NCBI GenBank assembly: GCA_950097015.1 | Contig: CATNEN010000001.1 | Coordinates: 19,840,001 to 19,904,000, forward strand | Direction: 5' to 3' | From: Macrostomum hystrix | Taxonomy: Eukaryota; Animalia; Platyhelminthes | Length of the DNA stretch: 64,000 bases | Part shown: piece by piece, positions 49,301 through 60,067 of the stretch | Layout: each line of letters starts with the position of its first letter | Numbering within the stretch: position 1 is the first letter of the stretch | Notes under the pieces: generated by a model | Seen by the model: only the letters and a program-made list of their open reading frames with translations | Told to the model about the DNA's origin: nothing | Databases searched by the model: none | Made by a program: the position numbers and the translations under genes

Positions 49301-50488
49301 TGAAGAGAAATATGACGGATGGATGTTATCGATTTGTAAGTCATGACGCTGATGATTTTTTTACAGAAGGATTGCCTTAAGCCTCATTTGAGTTACATAT
49401 GCTCACAAGATCTAGAAACTGACCTTAAACAGCCAGTAGGTATGACCCTCCTTAGTGGCATTGGCCTTTAGAAACCAGACCAGAGACCTAGCAATCTCTA
49501 GGACAGAGTCCGGATCGAAGTCGGCCATTCTGGGTATGTGCTCAGTACTGTAGATGTCGAAGCCTTTAAACAGACCGTTGGAGTGATAGCACATTGCTAG
49601 CTCGGGCACATCGTTGATCATGTTGTCCAGCCAGTAGTCGATACCGGTGAGCACGCTGATTGGCTTGGCAGAGTCCCTCAAGCGGACGCTGATGCACGGG
49701 TGCTTAGGCCCGCCAAAGATCGGCAGATTGGTGCCCAGAAGCATGCGAAGATTTTCAAAGTTCCACACCATACACTTCAGCGGATCTTCCAGACCGGACG
49801 GTGACGGTTCGGCTGAAGCAGCCGACGAGGCGGGTCGCGGCGAAGGCGGCTGCGGCTGCTGAGTGTGCACAGTCTTAGTTGTGAGACTGGCTTCACCCGA
49901 GATGGAAGCGGTGTGGTACAGGAACTTGGTCATGAGCCGCTTGCTGCTAACATCGTCGCGCTTGAAGCCGGTGGGTCGCACGGCCATGTTGTTGCTGGCA
50001 GCGAAGTGGCGCAGCCATTCCCAATTTTCAAAATCCTGGCGCAGCATGAAGGCGAACAAATCGAACTCGTCCAGCAACAGAGAGTCGCCAACTCGGTGCA
50101 CCATGATGGACACGTGACTGCCCGGGGAGTAGGGCATCTTTAGCAACGACTTCACGTTTCTAGACGCGGAAATCACGTCAACGCGGCCGACAAGTTTGGG
50201 AAATTTCGAGGCCAGTCGAATGCTGTACTGAGGATCTAGCTTCTCAGTGGATTCTCGGCTAGCCTGGAAAACTAACTTCTCTAAACTCGATCGCTGTCGG
50301 AAGTAATTCGCGGGCTGCGAGTTCAAGTCAAAGTTATTGTCAAAGAGTGCAAAGTCAGGAGCTGATGTGGTAGTGCTAGCTGGTCCACTTGGGACTCCAG
50401 CCTCTGTAGCTGGAATGGGCAGCATGTCAGCCCTGCTAGACTTGTCAACAATGTCAGCTTCATCACACTGTGACACTTCTTTGGACAT
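34374..50488 (-). CDS. EDRF1: Erythroid differentiation-related factor 1 homologue, 7 coding exons, ~1331 aa
   Basis: Exons 50488-49424, 48541-47703, 47472-47127, 47015-46503, 46088-45699, 36344-36198 and 35069-34374 join in phase (3996 nt). Diagnostic blocks: VDVIS...LLKMPYS..HVSIMVHRVG..LLLDE, PIFGG..P..S.RLRD..KPI.VLTGIDYWLDN...VPEL.MC.H, TKEGHTYWLFK and SDIVKLYDLT.LC. Confidence 0.88.
35250..35603 (-). mobile_element. SINE family A, near full-length copy (EDRF1 last intron)
   Basis: Reverse complement reads GTGGCCGAGCGATTAACGCG...GCTCGATTC...; homologous to 8710-9096 and 48968-49257. Confidence 0.8.
36475..36828. repeat. 16-bp minisatellite (GAGATGAGACAGGGGA), same family as 15460-16622, reverse orientation
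   Basis: Direct sequence match to the reverse complement of the MITE-borne unit. Confidence 0.92.
39949..43659 (+). CDS. Alpha2delta/CACHD1-like VWA-dCache protein, single exon, 1236 aa, nested antisense in EDRF1 intron 5
   Basis: Signal peptide; WLYFGSSTG..RLYPG; YDPRIRPWY; PKDVVIIIDCSASM (MIDAS DxSxS); VFITDG; WTSPYIDAFGLG; a second YPG..YDPTKRPWY..STPYYD; hydrophobic C-terminus suggestive of a GPI signal. Confidence 0.9.
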   Translation: MQWLLLALLGVSLWLVQNYLPQRTSAYSITDVASIYSASGSDDRAREKARDGTMYGDVYNWADMIQNYIQQVAADGIQRDQTQMLFDQAEYHYEKKNGTNVTMQVKQELSAYFRKKKEIAHRIAEAAAEAYDRHYREVKSGQRKIASSLSALSFDIYRDSDIPHRLANSGMTLVPFFRQNITYNFSTIKIPDDVPRDLNETIFTVEWTYELERIFNQTYQNDSSIRWLYFGSSTGVTRLYPGREWSSNFVGFYTDYDPRIRPWYIAATSGPKDVVIIIDCSASMEGEKFGIARSVAKAVIRTLTKQDYMNVVCARASHWDEVGKWHYFKSEVLSCQETKMVPATIEFRKDLMEKIDGLKPGGTSELEHGFQMAFELLNSQPRTGCLSILVFITDGKDTDGETVRCGPGYYTRSGYVPGPVCKYNWTKVWSVVNATNANSKPPARIFSYLIKDDGQMFPGALACNHSGSLRKLEDGENLISRMGNYFDFLARVAQNSKGLWTSPYIDAFGLGTMVTHAVPVISAIDTGKPRTIGVVGVDATLEEIETYVTRRQWGSVTSFLIDKEGQTIYHPLLKGSANLKDDPIFIHIQRMEQNKKNIPKEFNKVTQKMINGETGMIAIENGRRGISKGDYRAGVKYETMPLEYYFTNIEDSDYSVAFVLSKTDKVYRKLIEPTIKFDELVPKNRSYFNLLIEYNSSTVLKHYPEVFKYLDVKYNMSKKFQKLRITELHSSIFFAPKCYCEPLRYLFDDDLARKTLDAHEYMNTGKPDIGCHSPDRTTDHAIFEAGSRAYVLVTQPIEERWRERKFSWIDEVIWTYVGMRSGVFRTYPGHRSVRPYDPTKRPWYSRTKSSPTKTSISTPYYDSAGSGKIITISQAVFEGMDNKTEGCNVTGKSKKPGGCPCEEGEECTSGYCYISAANATTKEIQQGKRCATERIEAITSLDLGYNNFHRKVYNLMQASDGVKSCNAEYKCPDGTANCRTVCYVFDNRANVIMASDFIEATDLDEGRYKGVTLGQKEGEVMMNLVFRQKLFQRDESVDFQGTCSFTAGAPRVTMNGIPTTPEESDNLYKTRGPIPGFSNSYGCIQDVISFEVNETALGRSRMLVGNVSGPCMQGFYYVTSLKDTNLFLLVIENWRDRSKHPFNFNCLLTRKLVASGASRIINGTCAHDQSAEAAQSGASGSGGGGNSGGGSGDTDDKSCPALNNVTIACDFNNASLSQAWRLAMLLLWLLVHLAQC
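44570..45645. repeat. Compound purine-rich minisatellite (15/13/18-bp units and a 30-bp higher-order unit)
   Basis: (GATAGTGAGAAATGAGATAGGGAGAGCTAT)n at ~44740-45150 grades into GATAGGGAGAGATGT variants. Confidence 0.93.
46268..46482. repeat. 20-bp tandem repeat (~11 copies) in EDRF1 intron 4
   Basis: (AGATCTAGTCACTCTACATC) changing to (AGATCTAGTCACTCTGTTTA). Confidence 0.93.
48968..49257 (+). mobile_element. SINE family A copy (EDRF1 intron 1)
   Basis: AGCGGTTAACGCGTTTGCCTCTCG...GAGTTCGATTCCGCGGCGAGG...GGCTGCGGGTCTAGTGTCACCAAATGATG. Confidence 0.8.
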
Positions 50489-53400
50489 ACTTTTGCTCCT
50501 GAAGGGCTGCAAAAAGAAGTATTGCTAGTTCAAATCAATTATAACAAAGCAGTTTTTCCTATTGTTCCCTTACTGTCAGTTCAGTTTTTATTTTCGAATT
50601 GCATTATTTAAATCATTTTTAGTTTTATAGCTTAAGAGTTTGAAAGAAAATTTAACTATAGTTTATCATAACCTTTTTTTATAAAAAACTAAATTTTTGT
50701 TGGTTTAATAAAGACTTATACAAAAATATAAGTAATCATTTTAGCTAAATGGTCTAAAGCAACAAGTTAATTCAAAATAAAAGATATGGTCAGAATTAAA
50801 CTATATCTAGCTGATGCTAATTCTAAAAATTAATTTTATATAGAAACATTTAATTCAGATTGATAGTGATTGATATGGCTTAAAATATAGTTAGATAAAA
50901 TGAAAAATTCTGACAAAAAGTAAACTTAGAAGCTAAATTTAGAAAAAATAGTGAGAAAAATTAATATATGTCACCCTTTTATAAGGAAATATAAATTGTG
51001 GGAAATTTTACCATAAAAATATAGGCCATTGTTATTACACAGATTCCTAAATATTTATTTAAGTATATTATTCTGCTTAGCAGACTGTTATTAGCCAATA
51101 ATAAACTAGCTAATATCTAGAGCATGAAAATACAAAAAATAAGTGTTGATAAAAAAGGATTAAATAAATAAACTAGCTACTTTAAATATCTATGTGAGCC
51201 TTTGGCTTTGCCTAGCTCAAGCTAAAACTAACACAAATGACAATGTAGTTACATATTACATGTGATTAGCAATAGATGTTTAGGCCTTAGGGTAGCTACT
51301 CTATATTTTAATATTTTGTTAATAACCCTTTGTCTATAGGCTGTAATGATATTTTTTGTCCTAATTTAGCTAGAGCAAGACCTAAAACAGCAAAACAGCT
51401 TATATAAATTAAAAGTAACTAAAAGTGGGGTCATTTAAAAGTATTTAATCTATAACATACATTATGGTATAATGTATTTTGCAATTAGCTAGTATTATTT
51501 GATAGCATTGATATAACTTTGTAACTTTTAAAAGTACAACTAAGTCTTTACAAACTGTATTAATAGTATAATAAAGTAACACAACATGGATAGATAAACC
51601 ACTATACAGAGTTTTGAACTTTAGAGTTAAAAGACCATCTGAAAAACTCGAACTACAGCCTATTGTATTGATATTTCAGGACAAAAATAGTTCCCGTTAA
51701 AGTCTCTATCTTTTAAACGTGAAAAAATTAAATAATTAGAAAGCTATATAGAAAAATATTTCTCGGAGCTATGACAATACCTGTCGTTCCATATCGTTCC
51801 ATAATTATCAAAAATGTGCCGTAAACAAAGCTTGTTAGTTGGAGCGCTTATCGCGTATACTGATGCCATAAAAGACGAATAGACGAGTCAAGTAGCGCAG
51901 TCTGAGTAAAAAATTGGAAATATCGTGGTTGACCATTTAAATGAATTCTTAGAACTTTCCAGAAACATTACGCACAGTAAGTAAAGTAAAACAAAAGTCT
52001 TAAGACGATATTCAGAATTTTTTAAGAATAGTGCCATGCACAGGATTCTACAGACTAAAATTAAACTGAGGCACACAAAAATCATTAGTGTCTGAGTACC
52101 TCAGCATCTATAAACGAAAAAATTAGGGTTTGACAAATATCAAAAACATCAGCACAGTAGCCAATTGATCCTAGAAATTCGACGCTTCTTATTAAAAGAC
52201 GCAAAATTATACAATTTTGACAACTATTTAAGCTGTCAGATTTTCCACTGAATAATTCATTAAGCAGAGTTTTAATATGCGTTCGATATCTAGTACAGGG
52301 GCACTTTAAAGCCATGCACTATTGTACTGGCAACCATCATTGGATGTTTAACACAATAAAATATAATATTAAGCAAAAATGTTTTTGTACAGCAGCCTGA
52401 CAGTTAAATAAATGGTAAATCCTAAAGGGCATTCAAAATCTTACGAGATCAGTAAGAAACCGCAACAAGGCAGTCAAAGAAAGAGCAACAATTCAGCAAG
52501 AAGTAAAAAATCTAAAGCACAGAAAAACGAAATCTACTTGAGTATTCATGCGAGCAGTCCTTGGTTTTCAATGTCAGTCCACGCAAACTGGTACAAACAG
52601 AACCTCAAATGCGCCAAAAGCAGAATCAGTGACAGCATGCGGCTGACATGCTCATTCTGTTCAAATGAATCCGGTGCAGAGTGCAGCCATGAAGCCGACA
52701 GACGGCTCTGCAGCGCTCGGCCTGCCCCAATGGACCGCAAGGGCGCAGTTGGGAAGTTGACACCGCCCAGCAACGCGCACAGAGGCGCAGAAGGTCAGGC
52801 TCTGTCGCCGGCTCTCTATGCATTGCCGGCGATAGAGAAAAAAAGTGAAAAAGATAGTGAAAAAAAATTCACAGATTTTGTTTCAACTGAATTTTTTATC
52901 AATAATCGGTTCTCAGCATGCTTTCTCAGCACTGCCAGCATGCTGAGATCCAGCAATTTGTCTCATTATTCCATGCTGAGAAGCAGTAAAATATTGAGTG
53001 GCGGCTGTTATTATTATACTTAATATTATCTGTAAAACAAATTTTTAACAATAAAATAGCAATGAATTATAACACAAGAAGTCGTACATTTAAAATAAGT
53101 ACCTAAGAGTATTACAAAAATATATGCGTACACGGTTTTAACGTATGCAAGTTAACTCGAATATTCACTAGAACGTTCTTTAGAATCTTAAGACTCTTTA
53201 GTCTATCAAAACCTATATTCATTTATACTGATTTAAGTTCCCTCTCTATTTATGCTTTAATCCTTGTCTTGCGTGCTTATAGTCAAATGATTTTGCCCAC
53301 AATAATTTTTTTATAGTTTTTTAAGTGCTGCATACGCCAGACACTGTAAGTTAAAATGTAGTTTGTATAAAGAAATTGTATAAAAAAGTTAAACGAGCTT

Positions 53401-55808
53401 ATAAAAATGTTCATTAAAACATTTGCAAAACAGGAAGAACGTCTAAAATATGGTAAAAATGTGCAGTCAGTACTACTCAGTAGGAAAAATACTTATAGGG
53501 CCTATTGTAAGTAATCAAAACTGATTTGGTTAAACAGCCAGTGAAACATGATAGCTACCAGGCGGTGCTGGAATGGCCTGGTGTCTGCCTGCAAACAGAG
53601 CTGCACGGCTCTGCCAACTGACTCATAAACCAAAGGCATTAGCTCACAGAATACAAGGCTTTTCCTAGGATGACCCTCCATCTATTATGTTGGCTTTATG
53701 TCTATTTGTCAATAGCCATGTTAAAAAAACTATAAACTTGATATGTAGAAATATTACATATGAATATACTAGCTCCTTCGTGGAACTCATTTTTTGATTG
53801 GTAGCCTCTTTGTAAGTAATGATTTAATAAAACTTATATAATTAGAATGGCCTAATTTACAATAAGTGAATTAATACAAATTGTTCACAGAAGCACTAGC
53901 AACATGATGCTGGTCCCGAGAGTAAAAGGTGAAATGAAATGTGCATGAAATGCATTTTTGATTTAGCATTCATGGTGCACATACTTGACTGCATTGCTCA
54001 TGAATAGCTGGGTTGCAAAATGCGACATCACACAAGCTTCACTGTCTAAAACCGACTGCAGTGCTGCGTGACCACGGCCACAACTGAAGAGGCTGCCAAA
54101 GTTGTTGGCCCGCTTTATGAAACTATTCAATGTCTCCATTAGGGCCATCTAGGACATCAGTTACCGCTAGATTTTTAAAATGCCCGGTGGCCCATGTCAC
54201 AGGCCAGGCGTGGATCCAGGAATTTCTTGAGGGGGGCCAACTTTTTTCATACTCTCAAGTTACAAGTATTAACTGGCAGAAGCAATCATTCAATTACAAG
54301 TATAATAACAGTATGAAATAGTATTTTCAATAGGTTATTACCGTTATAGTAGAAAAAAGTATGAGAATATTAGAAAATGAATAAGTTGAAGTAACGCAAC
54401 ACAACAAATAAAATAGCAAGTACTCAGATTGCAGATTCAAGTCTTTATAGTTAATGAGCAATTTCATGCAGTTAACAAAAATCAAGCCAGCGTGGCACCA
54501 TATTGATCAACCACCTCTTCACTTGGAACTCTCATAGCAATAGACCGGTGAATATATGCCATGGAAAGACCAGAGAGACGTTTTTTGGTCATGGTTGAGC
54601 GTAGGTATGTCTTCAGAAGCTGAAGGTAGCTGAAGGCATGCTCACTAGTGGCAGTTGTCACTGGGATGGTGGCGAAGATTTGGAGCAAAGTCTGCATGTT
54701 TCGGAATGTTGGATCGTTGCCCAGGTCCAAAAGAGTGGCTGTCACTGTATTTGGCAAATTAAAGCCTTTTGACTTGGCCTCTTTCCATTTGTGAGTCCAC
54801 AGGAGAAACTCTCCCTTAACTGTGTCTATGTCACTGAGAAACGAGCTGTAAAACTCCACAGCACTGCGAATCTTCTCAAAGCCATAGCTGATGGCAAAAG
54901 TTGCACACAGCTGCAACACCTGGGCTTCATGCGAGACAAATCAGCTTTTTAGTCCAACAATGACAGCATCCAGATACACATAGAACATAGCCAGACAGTA
55001 GTAGTCTGAAGCAGTTTCAGCAGGTACGTTAGTACAGTTGCACTGACAACCACTCAGCCTAGGCATTCTTATCTCATCACCTAGAAGCAGCTCAGCCTCA
55101 GCAAACCAATTTCTGTATTCATTGTCATCATTGCGCCATTCTTCTAATTGTGCTATTATGCTGTGGACAGTCTCAACATACTTCAGCAGGTCAATGCTTG
55201 AGTCCTGCAGGGCAACAACAACTGGTGATGTAATTGCCAAGACCTTGCATAGGACAATGAATGGCAAGTAAAATGACAAATCTTCTAGTGTTTTAAGGTA
55301 GGTGACAACGAGCTTTGTACCCATTCTGCTCAGCTGGCCAGGTGCCAGTCTCTTGCAGTGCAGGCAGTATGGCTTCTAACAGTCCAGCAAAAATTGCTAC
55401 TGGATTGTTGCGCTCTACCCAATGTGTTTCACAGTACTTCTGTAAGCGCGAATGAGCGGCATTCGCGTACCTTCTTCTATGTGTCACTTGAGTACAGCTG
55501 CTCGCTTGGGTGAGTCGTTAAAGAACTTTAATATTTCATTGATTGCAGTGATAAAGCAATCAATTTCACTGACATAGCCACACTTAGCTAAACCAAGGTT
55601 GAGGCAGTGACAGCTGCAGTGCACATACGATGCCAGTGGGGCTTTATCTCGAACTGCCTTCTAGACACCATTGAGCTCGCCAGACATTGTAGCTGCACTA
55701 TCATAGCCTTGACCAACAAGATGTTGCAGCTGAAGGCCAAGACTTTTGATAAAGTTAATAATCCGGGCAGCCAATCCTTTGCCAGTCAGATCTGGAGCAA
55801 GTTCAAAG

Positions 55809-56599
55809 TGTTGTACTCGCGACTCCTCGGAGGGGTGCACCTAGGAGGGTCAGAGTACGCGGGCCCGTGCTGGCCTGCATCAGGGCGCGAGTGTCCGCAT
55901 GGGACCCTAAGTCTGGGGCATCAGGACGCACCCAAGTGGCCGGCACAGGCGTAGGGACGCTGTGATGTCGATCACCTTCAGCAGGGCGTCAGGGTGCACG
56001 AGCTGGCATCTAAGTACAGCGGGTGTACAGTACAGGGTGACCTTTGGCTGACTACCTGGTCTAGTCCCCCTTCCTTAGTCGGCGTCAGGACACACGGATG
56101 GTCCCAGCTACAGCCTACCCAAAATGAAGGAGACAAGGCAGTGACTTACTTCACTTATCACTCGCGCGGGCAGTCAATTTCGTGCAGCTGACTTCTGTCT
56201 GCGGCTGGCAGACCGGTTGGTTAATGTTTATTGTTTTGCTTGTGGGGGAGGGGTTATTGAAACGGTAGTCAGGCATTGTGGAGCGAGAACCTGTGTGGGG
56301 CAGCCACCCGCCCCCGGCCATGCCTATATAGGCCACGTCTCACCTGGGACCGGGCCCCCCCACGCCCCATCCCCACCCCACCACCCCAGCCCAGCTACCC
56401 ACCGGCCAATCACGGCGCAGCTGGGGGAGGAGCAGTCTGGGGTGACGGCCAAACAGGGCAGCCCAGCCAACCAGCGCGCCGACAACACAATGGCAGCTAA
56501 GCGGCTTACACCGCTGAGCCTTTAACGCCAAAACCAACTGCGGTATGTCGCGTGGGAAGGGCGAGTGCACTTGAGCAGTGCCAGCGCACGTGCACAACA
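55809..56599. mobile_element. Solo LTR (791 bp) inserted in the hAT transposase
   Basis: TGTTGTAC...GCACAACA ends with 4-bp TSD AAAG. Removing it restores EMFVGFELAPDLTGKGLA. Confidence 0.85.
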
Positions 56600-57550
56600 A
56601 AAGCCAACAAACATCTCGGTAATCACTTTGTCCTGAAGAGAGAAGTACCGCAAACAGTAAACGATCTTTCAAGATTGGCACAATCCGTTGTCTCGTCAGC
56701 AATGATTCTGCAATGAAGGTTGAGTAAGAAGCTATGAAGAAATTTAAAAAATGCAAAAATTCGCTCACCCGCTCAGGTGATTGATGGCTGTAATCTCAGA
56801 TAAGCCTAATATATTCTATCAGCTCTTAATTATTTATTTTAAAATTGTAGAAGATACCAAATAAATTATAACTACGAAAAAAAACAATGCTTCCCGTACA
56901 TCCGCTAGGATCCTTTCCAGAGTACATTGGTTGAGACAGTCAGTCAGGCCGTTCTGTGTGATTTTTGACAAGTAAGTTGCACGGCGAGAACAGCTTTCAA
57001 TGTGTTGCTTTAAGATGTCATTGCTGCAGTTTGCCTAAGTTGGATAAAATAATAATGGAACTATTGCTTCATAAATGCATGTACAATGATAAATGTACTT
57101 AACAAATTACTTTTCTACTGTCTACTTCGTCCATTGACTCATGTATGTACATAGATACTTACTGAGTACTTGATCAAGGCCCGAAAAAGGCCTTCATTTG
57201 ATGAATTATCGTCCAAATTGAGTTGGCCGTCGTCACGGTGTCCGCGGAATGGCAGTCCATTGCTAGCTAGAAATTTGACTGCATCTACAATCTGGACAAG
57301 CTTCAGCCGGTTGGCAGCACGCTGGCGCTCAGCTTCAGTGTTCAGCTGTGATAAAACTTCCATGCTCGGGTCTTGTGCGGTAACTTTGGCAGATTGTGCT
57401 ACTCGTATATAAAAACAAAAGGAAAATGAAAATATTTCTTATATTTACTGGAATAAAATTATCATATATATATTTCTTTGACTTTGTCATCTGCCAGTAT
57501 GCTCTGCACACTGCACTTACCTTTCTCTCAGACTCGAGGTGCATTGGAAG

Positions 57551-60067
57551 TATAGCAGGTTTAATTGCCGCCTGCTACCTTCTGCCGACACTAACCGAAA
57601 GACTTGAACTCGTACTGACCACAGAGGCCAACAATTATGAGTGTGAGACTCACATCTCAAAGCTTCAGTGCAGGAGCATATCTACGAAGCAGTGTATTTT
57701 ATATTCAAGCGATAAAGCAGTGTTTAGCAGTAGGGGGGTCAGAGAGAGATATAACAGATAACACACAAGCAGTTTTGACGATTTAAAAGACGAAGACCGA
57801 AGTCAGAGGCGGCGGCAATTGTAGTTTTCGGCAAATTGGAGTCAATTCAATGTCTATGGTGTAGCGGTAGCACTTTTATTCTGGATGCACTGGGACGTAC
57901 GACAAGCAGGGCGGTAAGTAAGGGGTCGGAGCTCCCTTAGTAGTTCGTTAGTAGTAATGGTAAGTGATAGACAAGAACAGAACAAATGGAGTGGAGTGTG
58001 GTGAACTGAACGAATGACACGAAGGGAAAGGAAAGGACCGGAGTGGCGTGGACTGGTCTGGACTGAACTGAACTGAACTGGACTGAACTGAACTGGACTG
58101 TGCTGGACTGTGAGGCGCGAGCGGGCCTAAAGCCCTCAATTAAGTAGACTAGGCAAACTGCAAAACAGGGTGATCGATAACTCTGGCCAGACAGAGCTCG
58201 CACGCTCATTGGCCGGGGGAAAATACATTAAGCTACGCGTAGGAAATAACTAGAATGGCGCGATGTGCGTTAACGGTTACTAACAGTAGTGCCCTAACCA
58301 TTTGAATTAATTATATGAATTAGCAGAAGTGGATGAAATTACACGATATGAGTTAAAACGGCCCAAGTTAGTACATAGTTAGGAATTCGCAAATTAAGCA
58401 TGTAAATCAACACATAAAGTAAATTCGCAGGGGCGCCTACAACAAGTGACAACGTCACACAGTTATCTCTCTGCCCCGCGTTGCCATGGTCCCCAACCCA
58501 ACACACCAGCCGCGAGCATTCTAGGCACGAGTTCGCAGGCTGATAGGGTGCATAGGTTCTCGGTCTCTGCGTCATTGCTTTCCAGGCCGTCAGGTCAACC
58601 GGTCTGGCACGCTCAGGTCTATTTTGAGCGCTGGGTGGGTCGAAATGCAGATGAAGGTCGCTGATTGAAAGGAGCACCGATGTAAGAGCTTTTCAAACGC
58701 TTACATATCTTTCCCTTTTGAAAAAACGGACACCCGTGTCAGTTCTCCTGGCATCGAAGATCTCACTGGTACACCGTGATGTTCTGATGATGTCCTGTCT
58801 TTCTCGCGATTGGCAGTCTCATACCAGCTTTTCTTGCATTGTGCTCGGCAGCTTGTTTGGTGCCGATCTTCTTGATTGTATGCGGTCCTGGAGTCTGAGT
58901 TGGTCTTGACTGACAGAAAATTTCCTGGCTTTCTCCAGCTCGTCCCTTCGATGGGGCAGTACAGCTTGAGTAGTGGGTGCAGCAATTATCATCAACATGG
59001 GGCAATGTATGCTCCCCGAAAACTGACCATGGCACGGTGGCCAGGGAGGTGCTGTTACTGGTGGCAGTCCCATCGGGCTTGCTTAGTTGCAGCTCAGGCG
59101 TCACTACAAGTATTTGCAGTCTAGTTTTATAATAGGTGAAGTCGCCTGCTTCACAAAGGGCATGCTTTTGCTTGCAAAGTGAAATATCAATGTCTCCGTA
59201 TGTGTCAGTGTTGCTGGATCATTGGCCAGAGTCAATTATTGTAAACTACGACTGCTTGACAATCTTAGTCGTCACAAACTTCCATCTTGATCAACTTCAA
59301 ACTTTGCAGGGAAAAAAGTAGACATTTGTGTAGTGCCTTGTAGGTTATTACATGCGGCTACAGTAGAACCGCATTTTCCCAGTGTTGAACAATAATTGAA
59401 TCGCTGGCCAAATGACCACTCTAGGTAAGAATCGTCGTGATTTGCGCTGGTTGCTGAGTAGTGTCTGGCTGGTAGCTTGGTACGAAACTGCGCGTCGCCT
59501 CTCGATCTCCGGACTTCATCCAGTACGAAGTCCTCTGTCAGTGTAGCAGGAATCGTTGTCTTGTGTCTAGCGGTGACTCCGGAAGGTTCAGGGAACCAGA
59601 TATAGCAGGTTTACTTGCCGCCTGCTACCTTCTGCCGACACTAACCGAAAGAATTGAACTCGTACTGACCACAGAGGCCAACAATTATGAGTGTGAGACT
59701 CACATCTCAAAGCTTCAGTGCAGGAGCATATCTACGAAACAGTGTATTTTATATTCAAGCGATAAGGCAGTGTTTAGCAGTAGGGGGGTCAGAGAGAGAT
59801 ATATAACAGATAACACACAAGCAGTTATCTCTCTGCCCCGCGTTGCCATGGTCCCTAACCCAACACACCAGCCGCGAGCATTCTAGGCACGAGTTCGCAG
59901 GCTGATAGGGTGCATAGTTTCTCAGTCTCTGCGTCATTGCTTTCCAGGCCGTCAGGTCAGCCGGTCTGGCCCGCTCAGGTCTATTTTGAGCGCTGGGTGG
60001 GTCGAAATGCAGATGAAGGTCGTTGATTGAAAGGAGCACCGATGTAAGCGCTTTTCAAACTCTTTCA
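57551..60067 (-). mobile_element. Internally deleted LTR retrotransposon (LTRs ~467 bp)
   Basis: Direct repeats 59601-60067 and 57551-58705. PBS TGGTTCCCTGA follows the 5' LTR and PPT AAAAGGGAAAGATA precedes the 3' LTR. 5-bp TSD GGAAG (+). Removal restores the transposase SHNILPMHLES. Confidence 0.82.
57774..58459. mobile_element. Probable solo LTR (686 bp) inserted in the 3' LTR above
   Basis: Absent from the twin LTR; 4-bp TSD CAGT; ends TTTGACG...CGTCACA; contains (CTGAA)n. Confidence 0.7.

Noticed and set aside
52412-53023. 203-aa ORF or an upstream EDRF1 exon
   Set aside because: No recognisable protein. The minus strand faintly resembles a decayed hAT dimerisation domain but is too weak to call.
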